64,000 nucleotides of DNA from the NCBI GenBank assembly GCA_041653595.1, contig JBAZFB010000003.1, positions 64,346-128,345 of the forward strand, given 5' to 3'. The notes under the pieces are model-generated. The model made no database searches, had not been told where the DNA came from, and saw nothing but the letters and a program-made list of their open reading frames with translations. Every line of letters begins with the position of its first letter. The first letter of the stretch is position 1. The translations under genes were made by a program, and so were the position numbers. This document shows positions 1 through 8,842 of this stretch, piece after piece. Origin of the DNA: Candidatus Omnitrophota bacterium. Its GTDB lineage: Bacteria > Omnitrophota > Gorgyraeia > Pluralincolimonadales > Pluralincolimonadaceae.

Positions 1-792
1 GCGGAACGCCCGTCGAGCAACCCCGTATTCCGCCTGACGCTTATCCGCAGGATCCCGGCCATCCCGGCGCCGCCGGCTCCGAAACCCCCGGTTATCCCGG
101 CGCCCCCTGAAGTAAAACCGTCCCCGGTAACTCCGCGTCCGAAGCTGGCTATAGTGCTGGACGACTGGGGATACAACACGAAAAATCTCGACGCTCTCCT
201 GCAGTTGGACATGCCTCTGACGGTTTCGGTCCTGCCCGACCTGCCGTATTCGACGCTCATCGCGCAAAAAGCGGAAGAGCGCGGTTTTGAGGTGATCCTG
301 CACATGCCCATGGAACCTAAGGCCAAGATGAGGCTTGAGCTGACGACGCTTCGCACCGACATGAGCGAAAAAGAGATCCAGGCCGGGTTTTCCAAGGCCC
401 TGCAGACAGTCCCCGGCGCGGCCGGGGTCAATAATCACGAGGGATCCAAGGCTACCGAGGACCGCAGGTTCATGAGGGTAGTGTTCGGCGAACTGAAGAA
501 GAATAACATGTTTTTCCTCGACAGCCTCGTCACGAACTATTCCGCTTGCGAGCGGGTCGCGAGAGAGACCGGCGTTAGGTTCGTCAAGAGGTCGGTATTC
601 CTCGATAATGAGAGCGATCCCGCCTACATAAAAAAGCAGTTCGAAAAGGCGATGGCCCTCGCGATAAAGAGCGGCGGCGCGGTAGCGATCGGGCACGACC
701 GCCCTAACACCATAGCCGTTCTGAAAGAGATGGTCCCGATCATCGCGAGCAAGGGCATAGAGATGGTATACGTATCGAATTTGGCGAGGTAA
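1..792 (+). CDS. Divergent polysaccharide deacetylase family protein (YibQ-like), 5'-truncated by window edge
   Basis: Frame 1 is open from nt 1 with no stop; Pro-rich linker then 'KLAIVLDDWGYN' and 'HMPMEP' motifs typical of the divergent polysaccharide deacetylase (DUF610) family. Confidence 0.7.
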   Translation, partial: AERPSSNPVFRLTLIRRIPAIPAPPAPKPPVIPAPPEVKPSPVTPRPKLAIVLDDWGYNTKNLDALLQLDMPLTVSVLPDLPYSTLIAQKAEERGFEVILHMPMEPKAKMRLELTTLRTDMSEKEIQAGFSKALQTVPGAAGVNNHEGSKATEDRRFMRVVFGELKKNNMFFLDSLVTNYSACERVARETGVRFVKRSVFLDNESDPAYIKKQFEKAMALAIKSGGAVAIGHDRPNTIAVLKEMVPIIASKGIEMVYVSNLAR

Positions 793-797
793 GGATA

Positions 798-1793
798 ATG
801 CTTGTCCTCGGCATCGAGACATCTTGCGATGAGACGGGTGCCGGCGTGGTAAAGGACGGCAACGAAGTGCTCTCCGACGCGGTAGCTTCTTCTCTCGAAT
901 TCCATAAGAGATACGGCGGTGTAGTCCCGGAGATAGCCACGCGCTACCATCTGGAAGTCATTGATTATGTGGTGAAGGATTCGCTCAGATCGGCCGGAAA
1001 AACGTTAAATGATATCGATCTCGTCGCGGTGACGCAGGGACCGGGACTGGTGGGCGCGCTCCTTGTCGGGATATCGTTCGCCAAATCCCTCGGTTATTCC
1101 CTCGGCATACCGGTCGTGGGCGTAAACCATCTCTGGGCGCATATCTACTCAGGGCTCATCGGCCGTACCAAGGTCAAATTTCCGATCATGGGCCTTGTCG
1201 TTTCCGGAGGCCATACCAGCCTCGTCCTTTGCGAAGATATAGGAAAATTCAGGTTGCTCGGCCAGACGAGGGACGACGCGGTAGGCGAGGCGTTCGACAA
1301 GGTCGCAAAGATACTCGGGCTTGGTTATCCGGGCGGGCCGGCGATCGAAAAGGCGGCGCTCCGCGGCGACCCGGACGCGGTCAGGTTTACTTACCCATAT
1401 ATGGGCGATGATTCATACGATTTTAGTTTCAGCGGGATGAAAACTGCGGTATTATATCATGTGAAGGGCCGGAAGCTTACCGCTGCAATGAAAGCGGATA
1501 TCGCGGCGAGTTTCCAGAAGGCCGCTGTCGGAGCGATCGTCGAAAAAGCCGTATCGGCCTGCGCGGCAAAAAAGATAGGCTGCCTGGTCGTAGGCGGAGG
1601 CGTGAGCGCCAACAGGATATTAAGGGACGAGCTTACCGGCGCCGGCGAAAGGAACGGGATAGAAGTCATATTCCCGCCGATGCGGCTTTCGCTCGATAAC
1701 GGCGCGATGATCGCCTCAACGGGTTACCTTTTATTCAAGAACGGGAAGAGGTCGGGACTGTCCCTGACCGCCGAACCGGATCTCGGCATCTAG
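798..1793 (+). CDS. tsaD: tRNA N6-adenosine threonylcarbamoyltransferase TsaD (Kae1/YgjD family)
   Basis: N-terminus 'LGIETSCDETGAGVV', 'GVNHL', 'VSGGHT', 'GGGVSAN' signature blocks of TsaD. Confidence 0.95.
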   Translation: MLVLGIETSCDETGAGVVKDGNEVLSDAVASSLEFHKRYGGVVPEIATRYHLEVIDYVVKDSLRSAGKTLNDIDLVAVTQGPGLVGALLVGISFAKSLGYSLGIPVVGVNHLWAHIYSGLIGRTKVKFPIMGLVVSGGHTSLVLCEDIGKFRLLGQTRDDAVGEAFDKVAKILGLGYPGGPAIEKAALRGDPDAVRFTYPYMGDDSYDFSFSGMKTAVLYHVKGRKLTAAMKADIAASFQKAAVGAIVEKAVSACAAKKIGCLVVGGGVSANRILRDELTGAGERNGIEVIFPPMRLSLDNGAMIASTGYLLFKNGKRSGLSLTAEPDLGI

Positions 1794-1805
1794 AAGGAGA
1801 GAGCG

Positions 1806-2489
1806 ATGGGACTCAGCGAATACGACATGATAATCAGGCTGTGCCTGGCCGCGATATTAAGCGGGTTTATAGGATACGAGCGCGAGGTCCACGGGAGGTT
1901 GGCCGGCCTGAGGACACATATCCTCGTAGGTATCGGCTCGACCCTCATAATGCTTACCTCGATGCATATATTCGATATATACAGGGGAGTGGCGACCCCT
2001 GACCCTGCCCGCATCGCGGCGCAGGTCGTTAGCGGTATAGGTTTTCTCGGAGCCGGCACGATAATAAGGTTCAAGGCCTCGGTCCGCGGCCTTACTACCG
2101 CGGCAAGCCTCTGGACCGTCGCGGGCCTCGGCCTCGCGGTCGGCGCAGGCTTATTTATAGCGGCTACCGTTACGACGATCCTGGCGTTATCGGCCCTTTT
2201 CTTCCTCAACAGGCTGGAGAGGGTAATGATAAGGAGGGATTGGTATAAGTCCCTCGAGATAGACACAAAGGCCGGCGCCTCGCAGCTCCAGGAGATACGG
2301 TCGGTCCTTTCCGAGTATGACGCGGAGATAAAAGATTTCGACGTGAAAAGATCCTCGTCTTCCGAGGACCTCATCATAAAGATCAATGTCAAGCTTTTGA
2401 CCAACGAATTCGATAGCGAGATATTGTCCAAGATCCGCGAACTGGACGGGGTCAAGAGAGCGGGTTGGTCGTCGTCGGTCGATTCATAA
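1806..2489 (+). CDS. MgtC/SapB family membrane protein
   Basis: 'ILSGFIGYEREVHGRLAGLRTHILVGIGSTLIM' MgtC N-terminal membrane domain, followed by a C-terminal soluble domain. Confidence 0.85.
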   Translation: MGLSEYDMIIRLCLAAILSGFIGYEREVHGRLAGLRTHILVGIGSTLIMLTSMHIFDIYRGVATPDPARIAAQVVSGIGFLGAGTIIRFKASVRGLTTAASLWTVAGLGLAVGAGLFIAATVTTILALSALFFLNRLERVMIRRDWYKSLEIDTKAGASQLQEIRSVLSEYDAEIKDFDVKRSSSSEDLIIKINVKLLTNEFDSEILSKIRELDGVKRAGWSSSVDS

Positions 2490-2513
2490 AAGCACGAGAG
2501 GGGGTGTGTCAAG

Positions 2514-3047
2514 ATGCTCGGCAAAGGAAGGAAAGTGGAAGAGAAGGTATTGGATGTCGATGCCAGCATGCAGGGAACGATGTCTTTCAAGGACCCGGTG
2601 AATCTGCAGATAAACGGGAGGTTTGAAGGCACGCTTGACACCAAGGGGACGCTTACTATAGGGGAGAAGGCGTTCGTGAGCGCGAACATCGTCGGAGACG
2701 AAATAACTATTGCGGGAAAAGTGACCGGCGAAGTGGTCGCGAAAAAATCCCTGAAGCTCATCTCCCCGGCGCGCGTCGACGGGAACATAAAGACGCCGCT
2801 GCTGGAGATAAGCAAGGGGGCCGTCCTGAACGGGAATTGCCAGATGGTCTCCGGAGGAAGGGCCTCGTCGCAGGCCGCGGCCGAACTGATGGAAGTGGAA
2901 GAGGTCGCCAGGTATCTCGAGGTCGATTCATCGGTGGTCAGGGATTGGGCGGTCAGCGGGAAGCTGCCCGCGATAAGGGAAGGTGACAGGCTGCATTTTG
3001 ATAAAGCCAAGATAGATGAGTGGATCGCATCGGAACGAATTAAATAA
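2514..3047 (+). CDS. Bactofilin-family protein with C-terminal excisionase-type helix-turn-helix (HTH_17) domain
   Basis: Beta-helical bactofilin repeats ('GTLTIGEKAFVSANIVGDEITIAGKVTGEVVAKKSLKL..VDGNIKTPLLEISKGAVLNG') then 'MEVEEVARYLEVDSSVVRDWAVSGKLPAIREGDRLHFDKAKIDEWI', which matches the Xis/MerR-like HTH_17 pattern. Confidence 0.7.
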   Translation: MLGKGRKVEEKVLDVDASMQGTMSFKDPVNLQINGRFEGTLDTKGTLTIGEKAFVSANIVGDEITIAGKVTGEVVAKKSLKLISPARVDGNIKTPLLEISKGAVLNGNCQMVSGGRASSQAAAELMEVEEVARYLEVDSSVVRDWAVSGKLPAIREGDRLHFDKAKIDEWIASERIK

Positions 3048-3411
3048 GGCATTCGACGCTCCGGCCGAAAAGGAGAAGCTTATAAGCCTCCATGACGCCG
3101 CGGATATCCTCGAGTTGAGCGAGGAGGAGCTGCGGCGTTTCGTCGCCGAAGGGAAGATCCCCGCTTACAGGATCGGCGGCGAATACCTGAGGTTCAGGAA
3201 GAGCCAGGTCGAGGCCTTGCGCAGCAGGATACGCATACTGAAGCACCAGTCGGTCCCGATACTCGACATCAGGCCGGCGCAGAGGGAAGAGAAGAAGGCC
3301 GGGTACTCGATATTCGACAGGATAAGGGATTTCGTATATTTTAACGATTTCTATATCCTCGCGTTCATTTTGATCGTCCTTTTAGTGGCGTTCATTCTCC
3401 TGAGAAGATAG
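3016..3411 (+). CDS. Excisionase-family HTH (HTH_17) DNA-binding protein with C-terminal transmembrane anchor
   Basis: 'ISLHDAADILELSEEELRRFVAEGKIPAYRIGGEYLRFRKSQVEAL' HTH_17 pattern; C-terminal hydrophobic helix 'FYILAFILIVLLVAFILL'; overlaps upstream gene by 32 nt; AAGGAG Shine-Dalgarno inside. Confidence 0.55.
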   Translation: MSGSHRNELNKAFDAPAEKEKLISLHDAADILELSEEELRRFVAEGKIPAYRIGGEYLRFRKSQVEALRSRIRILKHQSVPILDIRPAQREEKKAGYSIFDRIRDFVYFNDFYILAFILIVLLVAFILLRR

Positions 3412-3416
3412 ACATC

Positions 3417-4166
3417 ATGGATTATTCCAGGCGTTCGATAAAAAAAGTACTCTCTCATCTTAAGGACGGCAGGATCTCCCAGGGGGCGGCTTTCAAGAAG
3501 TTCGAGCATTTTCCTTTCCACGACATGGGTTTTGCCAAGATAGATTTCCACCGCGCCATCCGCAAGGGTTTCCCCGAAGTCATATTCGCGCCCGGCAAGA
3601 AAGACCGCGATATCGCCGAGATAGCGAAGCGCATCATCGCCAGCGGGAATACGCTCCTTATCACCAAGGCCTCACCGGAATTATACGGGTATCTTCGTAT
3701 CTCCATACCCGTCCTGAAGTTCAACGAGGACGCGAGGATGATATATTTTGCGAAAAAAAAGCCGCGGCTCAAAAAGAGCGAGGTGCTTATCGTGACCGCC
3801 GGCACATCGGATATTCCTGTCGCCGAGGAGGCGGCGTTGACGCTTGAACTCCTCGGGAACCGCGTTGGAAGGCTTTACGATGTCGGGGTCGCGGGCATAC
3901 ACAGGGTGGTCGGCAACATCCCGCTCCTGAAGAAGGCGAAGGTCATAATAGTCGTAGCCGGGATGGAGGGGGCGCTGGCCTCGATAGTCGGCGGGCTTGT
4001 CGCCTGCCCGGTCATAGCCGTGCCGACGTCGGTGGGATACGGCGCTTCGTTCGGAGGGCTCTCGCCGCTTTTGACAATGCTTAACTCATGCGCGCCGGGG
4101 GTGTGCGTAATGAACATAGATAACGGTTTCGGCGCCGGATATTTCGCGGGGCTTATAAATAAATGA
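3417..4166 (+). CDS. larB: LarB, pyridinium-3,5-biscarboxylic acid mononucleotide synthase (PurE-like) for nickel-pincer nucleotide cofactor
   Basis: N-terminal 'GFAKIDFHRAIRKGFPEVIFAPGK' LarB motif plus PurE-like C-terminal domain 'LIVTAGTSDIPVAEEAA...VIAVPTSVGYG'. Confidence 0.85.
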   Translation: MDYSRRSIKKVLSHLKDGRISQGAAFKKFEHFPFHDMGFAKIDFHRAIRKGFPEVIFAPGKKDRDIAEIAKRIIASGNTLLITKASPELYGYLRISIPVLKFNEDARMIYFAKKKPRLKKSEVLIVTAGTSDIPVAEEAALTLELLGNRVGRLYDVGVAGIHRVVGNIPLLKKAKVIIVVAGMEGALASIVGGLVACPVIAVPTSVGYGASFGGLSPLLTMLNSCAPGVCVMNIDNGFGAGYFAGLINK

Positions 4167-5350
4167 CCCATCCCAAAAAAATATTATACCTTGATTGCCC
4201 GAGCGGGATAAGCGGCGATATGTTCCTGGGATCGCTCATAGATTGCGGCCTCGATATCAGGCGCCTCGCCTCGCAGCTGCGCAAGATGAAGATAGGCGTA
4301 TATAAATTGGCCGCGCGCAAAGTCTCGCGCGCCGGCGTATCAGGCGTCAAATTCGACGTCATATATAAAAAGCACCACGGGCACGAGCATACCGACGACA
4401 AGACATTCAAGGGCATCGTGAAGGCGATAAGGTCATCGGGCCTGTCGACCCGGGTCAAGGAAATGTCAGCCGCCGTTTTCACCAACCTCGCGAAAGCGGA
4501 GAGCAGGGCCCACGGGATCCCGGTTGAGAAAGTGCATTTCCACGAGGTCGGAGATATAGATTCCGTCGTGGATATAGTCGGCGCCTGCGTCGCTCTGGAG
4601 GAGATGGAAATAGATGAGGTCTATTCTTCACGCCTCACTATCGCCGCTCCCGCTCCCGCGACCGCTTACCTGTTGCAGGGGATAGATATCTCCGTCGCCG
4701 GCGCGCCTTTTGAATTGGCCACACCCACAGGCGCCGCGCTCCTTAAGACATTTTCAAGATCGCAGATCGATATACCGGCAATGAAAGTCCTCCGGGCCGG
4801 GTTCGGCGCCGGAAGCCGTGAGATCCCGGACAGGCCGAACCTGCTCAAGGCGATAATAGGCGAGAGAAGGACAAACGGCGACGCGGATGTCGTCACGGTA
4901 TTGGAGACCAACATCGATGATATGAACCCCCAGGTCTACGGGCATCTTATCGACAGGCTCTTTGAGGCGGGGGCGCTGGATGTTTATATCACGCCCGCGA
5001 TAATGAAAAAATCGCGGCCCGCCTGCGTATTGACGGTCCTCTCCGGGCCCTCGACGGCCGGGGATCTCTCAGGGATCATCTTCGAAGAGACGTCCACATT
5101 CGGCATCAGGCGGCATAACGCCGAACGGCTGAAACTTGAACGTAAAATAGTTGAAGTAAAGACAAAATATGGTAATATAAAGGTGAAGGCGGGCTTCTAC
5201 AAGAACTCGCTTAATATCTGTTCTCCGGAATACGAAGATTGCAAAAGGATCGCGCGGCTCAAAAAGGTTCCTTTTTCGGCCGTCAGGCGCGAGGCCGAGG
5301 CCGCAGCGAGCAGGAAGATAAAAGGGGAGAAGCGGGGATTTGCTAAATAA
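4163..5350 (+). CDS. larC: LarC, nickel-pincer nucleotide cofactor nickel insertion protein (DUF111)
   Basis: 'ILYLDCPSGISGDMFLGSLIDCGLD' N-terminus diagnostic of LarC; C-terminal LarC2-like domain present. Confidence 0.85.
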   Translation: MTHPKKILYLDCPSGISGDMFLGSLIDCGLDIRRLASQLRKMKIGVYKLAARKVSRAGVSGVKFDVIYKKHHGHEHTDDKTFKGIVKAIRSSGLSTRVKEMSAAVFTNLAKAESRAHGIPVEKVHFHEVGDIDSVVDIVGACVALEEMEIDEVYSSRLTIAAPAPATAYLLQGIDISVAGAPFELATPTGAALLKTFSRSQIDIPAMKVLRAGFGAGSREIPDRPNLLKAIIGERRTNGDADVVTVLETNIDDMNPQVYGHLIDRLFEAGALDVYITPAIMKKSRPACVLTVLSGPSTAGDLSGIIFEETSTFGIRRHNAERLKLERKIVEVKTKYGNIKVKAGFYKNSLNICSPEYEDCKRIARLKKVPFSAVRREAEAAASRKIKGEKRGFAK

Positions 5351-7049
5351 GAGCAGGCTCATAGCCGAATACGTCAGGTCCATAGGGATCCTGGAAGAAT
5401 CCCAGGTCAAGAACGTCCTTAAGTCACAGGTCGAATCTGGCGGCCGTCTCTCCGACATCCTCACCGGAATAGGTTTTTTAAAGATAGAACAGCTCAGGGA
5501 CCTCATCGTGCAGGAATTCTCCCTCGCCCGTTCCCCGATCTTCGACATGGAGATACCGTTCGACGTGCTCCAGAAGGTAAAACCGAACATCGCCTACCGG
5601 CATAGGATGGTGCCTATTAAATACGCGGACGACGTGCTTACCGTCGCCACCGATGATCCCATAAATCTCCTCGGGCAGGATAATCTCGAAGACTTGACCG
5701 GATGTAAATTAAATTTTGTCCTGACCTCGGAGACCAACCTCTCGATCGCGCTCGAAAAACATTACGGGGGCAGCAAGAATATCCTCGATGCGGTCGCGCA
5801 GAAAAAGGATTCGGAGATAGCGGTATCTTTCAAGGGAGCGGCCGGAGAGGTCGCCAAGGAAGAGGAGAAAGAGGAAGCCCCGATAATAAAACTGGTCACG
5901 CAGATAATCGCCGAGGCCGTAAAGAACCGCGCCTCGGATATCCATGTCGAGCCGCTCGAGGACAAATTCCGGATAAGATACAGGATAGACGGTGTTTTGC
6001 ACGAAGTGCCGGGCCCGCCCAAACAGCTGCAGCCGTCTATTATAAGCCGCCTGAAGATCATGGCGGGCATGAATATCGCGGAGAAGAGGCTGCCCCAGGA
6101 CGGCAGGATAAGGATCCATGGCGCGGGAAAGGACCTCGACCTGCGCGTCTCCACGCTCCCCGCTCTTTATGGTGAAAGCGTGGTCATGAGGATCCTAGAT
6201 AAATCGAGTTTCATGCTGGGCCTTAAGGAATTGGGATTTCTCCACGGGGACGCGGACACGTTTGAAAGGCTGATACATCTCCCTTACGGGATGTTGCTTA
6301 TAACCGGTCCCACCGGCAGCGGCAAGACGACGACGTTATACGCCTCGCTCAGTTATATCAATAAGCCGAACAAAAAATTAATAACGATCGAGGACCCGGT
6401 CGAATACCAGATCTCAGGGATAAACCAGGTCCACGTCAAGCCTTCGATCGGCCTGACTTTCGCTTCCGGCCTCAGGACGATGCTGAGGCAGGCGCCCGAC
6501 GTCATAATGGTCGGCGAGATACGCGATTTCGAGACGGCGTCTATCGCGATACAGGCGGCCCTGACCGGGCATCTCCTCTTCAGCACGCTCCATACCAACG
6601 ACGCTGCCGGCGCTTTTACGCGCCTGATAGATATGGGCGTAAAGTCGTATCTGGTGAGCTCTACGGTGCAGGCCGTCATGGCCCAGCGCCTCGTCCGGAA
6701 GATATGCGACAACTGCAGGGAAAACTATCAACCGAGCCTCGAGGAATTATATGTGCTAGGCTACAAACAGGACGATCCGAAAGCAAGCGAGATAAAATTA
6801 TGGCGCGGGCACGGCTGCAAGAACTGCAATTATACGGGCTACCGGGGAAGGATAGGCATTTTCGAGCTTCTTATCAATACCGACGAAATAAGGGAGATGA
6901 TCATAAAGAGGCTGCCTTCTCCCGAGATCCGGGACGCGGCCCGGAGGCACGGCATGAAACTCCTGCGCGAGGACGGCCTCTCGAAAGCGCTGGAGGGCAT
7001 AACCACTATATCTGAGGTCGTGCGCATAACGCACGGTTACGAGGAATAA
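5340..7049 (+). CDS. gspE: Type II secretion/type IV pilus assembly ATPase, GspE/PilB family (paralog 1)
   Basis: GspE N-terminal domain, Walker A 'GPTGSGKTTT', Asp/His boxes, C-terminal tetracysteine 'CDNC...CKNC' zinc motif. Confidence 0.9.
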   Translation: MLNKSRLIAEYVRSIGILEESQVKNVLKSQVESGGRLSDILTGIGFLKIEQLRDLIVQEFSLARSPIFDMEIPFDVLQKVKPNIAYRHRMVPIKYADDVLTVATDDPINLLGQDNLEDLTGCKLNFVLTSETNLSIALEKHYGGSKNILDAVAQKKDSEIAVSFKGAAGEVAKEEEKEEAPIIKLVTQIIAEAVKNRASDIHVEPLEDKFRIRYRIDGVLHEVPGPPKQLQPSIISRLKIMAGMNIAEKRLPQDGRIRIHGAGKDLDLRVSTLPALYGESVVMRILDKSSFMLGLKELGFLHGDADTFERLIHLPYGMLLITGPTGSGKTTTLYASLSYINKPNKKLITIEDPVEYQISGINQVHVKPSIGLTFASGLRTMLRQAPDVIMVGEIRDFETASIAIQAALTGHLLFSTLHTNDAAGAFTRLIDMGVKSYLVSSTVQAVMAQRLVRKICDNCRENYQPSLEELYVLGYKQDDPKASEIKLWRGHGCKNCNYTGYRGRIGIFELLINTDEIREMIIKRLPSPEIRDAARRHGMKLLREDGLSKALEGITTISEVVRITHGYEE

Positions 7050-7050
7050 A

Positions 7051-8787
7051 ATGGCCCCGGAAAAAGAACAACAGTCTAAACAGGAAAAATTCAAGAAGAT
7101 AGGCCAGATGCTTCTCGAGAAAGGCCTTATAAATGACCATCAATTGGAACAGGCCCTCGAGGAACAGAAACTGACCGGTAAACTCCTGGGCCGGATCTTG
7201 ATCGATATGGGGCTGGTCAAAGAGGAGGATATCCTCCAGGTCCTCGGCGCGCGCTCAGGCTTCTCGGTAGCGAGGCTTAAGGGTACGAAGATCCCGAAGG
7301 AGGTCATCGACAAGGTCCCGGCCTCGGTCGCCAAGATATATACTATCATTCCCGTCGCCATCGACGGTAACCAGCTAACCGTCGCTATTGCCGATCCTCT
7401 GAATGTGGCTGCCTTCGACGACCTGCGGTTTACCCTCGGGATGAACATCAAGGGCGTCGTAGCCAGCGATGAGGAGATAAAAGAAGAGATACAGAAATAT
7501 TACGGATCCGAGGGAGAGACTATACAGGACGTCCTCGGCGTGTTCGGCGAAAAGATGGAACTCCTCCCGGTCGGCGAAGAAGCGACGGATATCTCCACGC
7601 TGCAGGAGCTCGCTTCCCGCGCCCCGGTCATAAAATTATTGAACATGATATTACTGCAGGGGGTCAAAGAGAAGGCCTCGGACATACATTTTGAGCCGTT
7701 CGAATCGGATTACAGGATAAGGTACAGGGTAGACGGCGTCCTCTATGAGGTGGCGCGGCCCCCGAAGAACTTGAGCCTCGGACTTTCGTCGAGGATAAAG
7801 GTCATGGCGAACCTCGATATAGCCGAACGCAGGCTTCCCCAGGACGGGCGCATCATGGTCACGATAGAAGGAAAGAGCGTCGACCTCAGGATTTCGACAT
7901 TGCCGACGATATTCGGAGAGAGCGTCGTCATGAGGGTGCTCGACAGGACGACTGTCAGCCTTTCGATCGACGATGTGGGGATGCTCGAGGATACAAAGAA
8001 GAGGATACGCACCCTGATCATCAAGCCCAACGGGATACTCCTCGCTACCGGCCCGACCGGTTGCGGCAAGACGACCACTTTGTACGGCTGCATGAAGGAG
8101 ATAAACAAGATAGAATATAAGGTCATCACGACCGAGGACCCTGTCGAGTACGACCTTAAAGGCGTAATACAGGTGCCGATAAACGCCAAGATCGGCCTTA
8201 CCTTCGCGACGTCGCTTCGCCACATCTTAAGGCAGGACCCGGATATAATCATGGTCGGCGAGATCCGCGACGCCGAGACCGCCCAGATAGCCATCCAGGC
8301 CTCGCTCACCGGACATCTCGTCTTCTCGACCATACATACCAATGACGCGGCAGGGACGATAACCAGGCTTATAGATATGGGCGTCGAGCCGTTCCTCGTG
8401 ACCTCGACGCTCGAGGCCGTACTTGCCCAACGCCTCGTCAGGAAGATATGCCAGTTCTGCAAAGAGGAATATACGCCCGAGCCGGAGATGCTATCCGACC
8501 TGGGGATAAAGCCTGAAGTCGCGAAGGGGAAGAAGTTCTACAGGGGAGCCGGCTGCGTAAAATGCAATAATTCCGGATATAAAGGAAGGACCGGCATATT
8601 TGAGCTCCTTATCCTTAACGACAAGCTCAGGGCCCTGATAATAGAGAAGGCCCATACCGCGTTGATAAAAGAGGCCGCCATAGAGGCCGGCATGAAGACC
8701 CTTCTTAACGACGGCCTTGAAAAGGTATTCCTCGGCGCCACTACGCTCGAGGAGGTCCTTAAAGAAGCCCAGACCGCGATCCTTTGA
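7051..8787 (+). CDS. gspE: Type II secretion/type IV pilus assembly ATPase, GspE/PilB family (paralog 2)
   Basis: Same architecture as upstream paralog: GspE_N domain, Walker A 'GPTGCGKTTT', 'CQFC...CVKC' zinc motif. Confidence 0.9.
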   Translation: MAPEKEQQSKQEKFKKIGQMLLEKGLINDHQLEQALEEQKLTGKLLGRILIDMGLVKEEDILQVLGARSGFSVARLKGTKIPKEVIDKVPASVAKIYTIIPVAIDGNQLTVAIADPLNVAAFDDLRFTLGMNIKGVVASDEEIKEEIQKYYGSEGETIQDVLGVFGEKMELLPVGEEATDISTLQELASRAPVIKLLNMILLQGVKEKASDIHFEPFESDYRIRYRVDGVLYEVARPPKNLSLGLSSRIKVMANLDIAERRLPQDGRIMVTIEGKSVDLRISTLPTIFGESVVMRVLDRTTVSLSIDDVGMLEDTKKRIRTLIIKPNGILLATGPTGCGKTTTLYGCMKEINKIEYKVITTEDPVEYDLKGVIQVPINAKIGLTFATSLRHILRQDPDIIMVGEIRDAETAQIAIQASLTGHLVFSTIHTNDAAGTITRLIDMGVEPFLVTSTLEAVLAQRLVRKICQFCKEEYTPEPEMLSDLGIKPEVAKGKKFYRGAGCVKCNNSGYKGRTGIFELLILNDKLRALIIEKAHTALIKEAAIEAGMKTLLNDGLEKVFLGATTLEEVLKEAQTAIL

Positions 8788-8842
8788 CTTTCGGTAACTT
8801 ATAGGGTATATTTATACTATAGACGAGAGAGGAACTACAACT

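Noticed and set aside
1790-3052. 420-aa ORF on the minus strand (and dozens of other 60-430-aa minus-strand ORFs such as 41127..42416, 48307..49854)
   Set aside because: They lie antisense to strongly supported + strand genes (MgtC, bactofilin, the secreted protein, metH). Their products are low-complexity Ser/Pro/Arg-rich and lack start-site context. These are shadow ORFs of a GC-rich coding strand.
6704-7015. Internal + strand ORFs in alternative frames (e.g. 6704..7015, 1229..1411, 23019..23348, 58757..59371) with Arg/Gly-rich translations
   Set aside because: They are embedded in other frames of well-supported genes (gspE, tsaD, the TPR protein, tilS). Their composition is typical of out-of-frame translation; there is no independent evidence for overlapping genes.
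8788-8842. 55-bp gap between gspE paralog 2 and gspF as a promoter/regulatory site
   Set aside because: It contains a TATACT-like hexamer but no convincing -35. It is more likely just an RBS-containing spacer within an operon.
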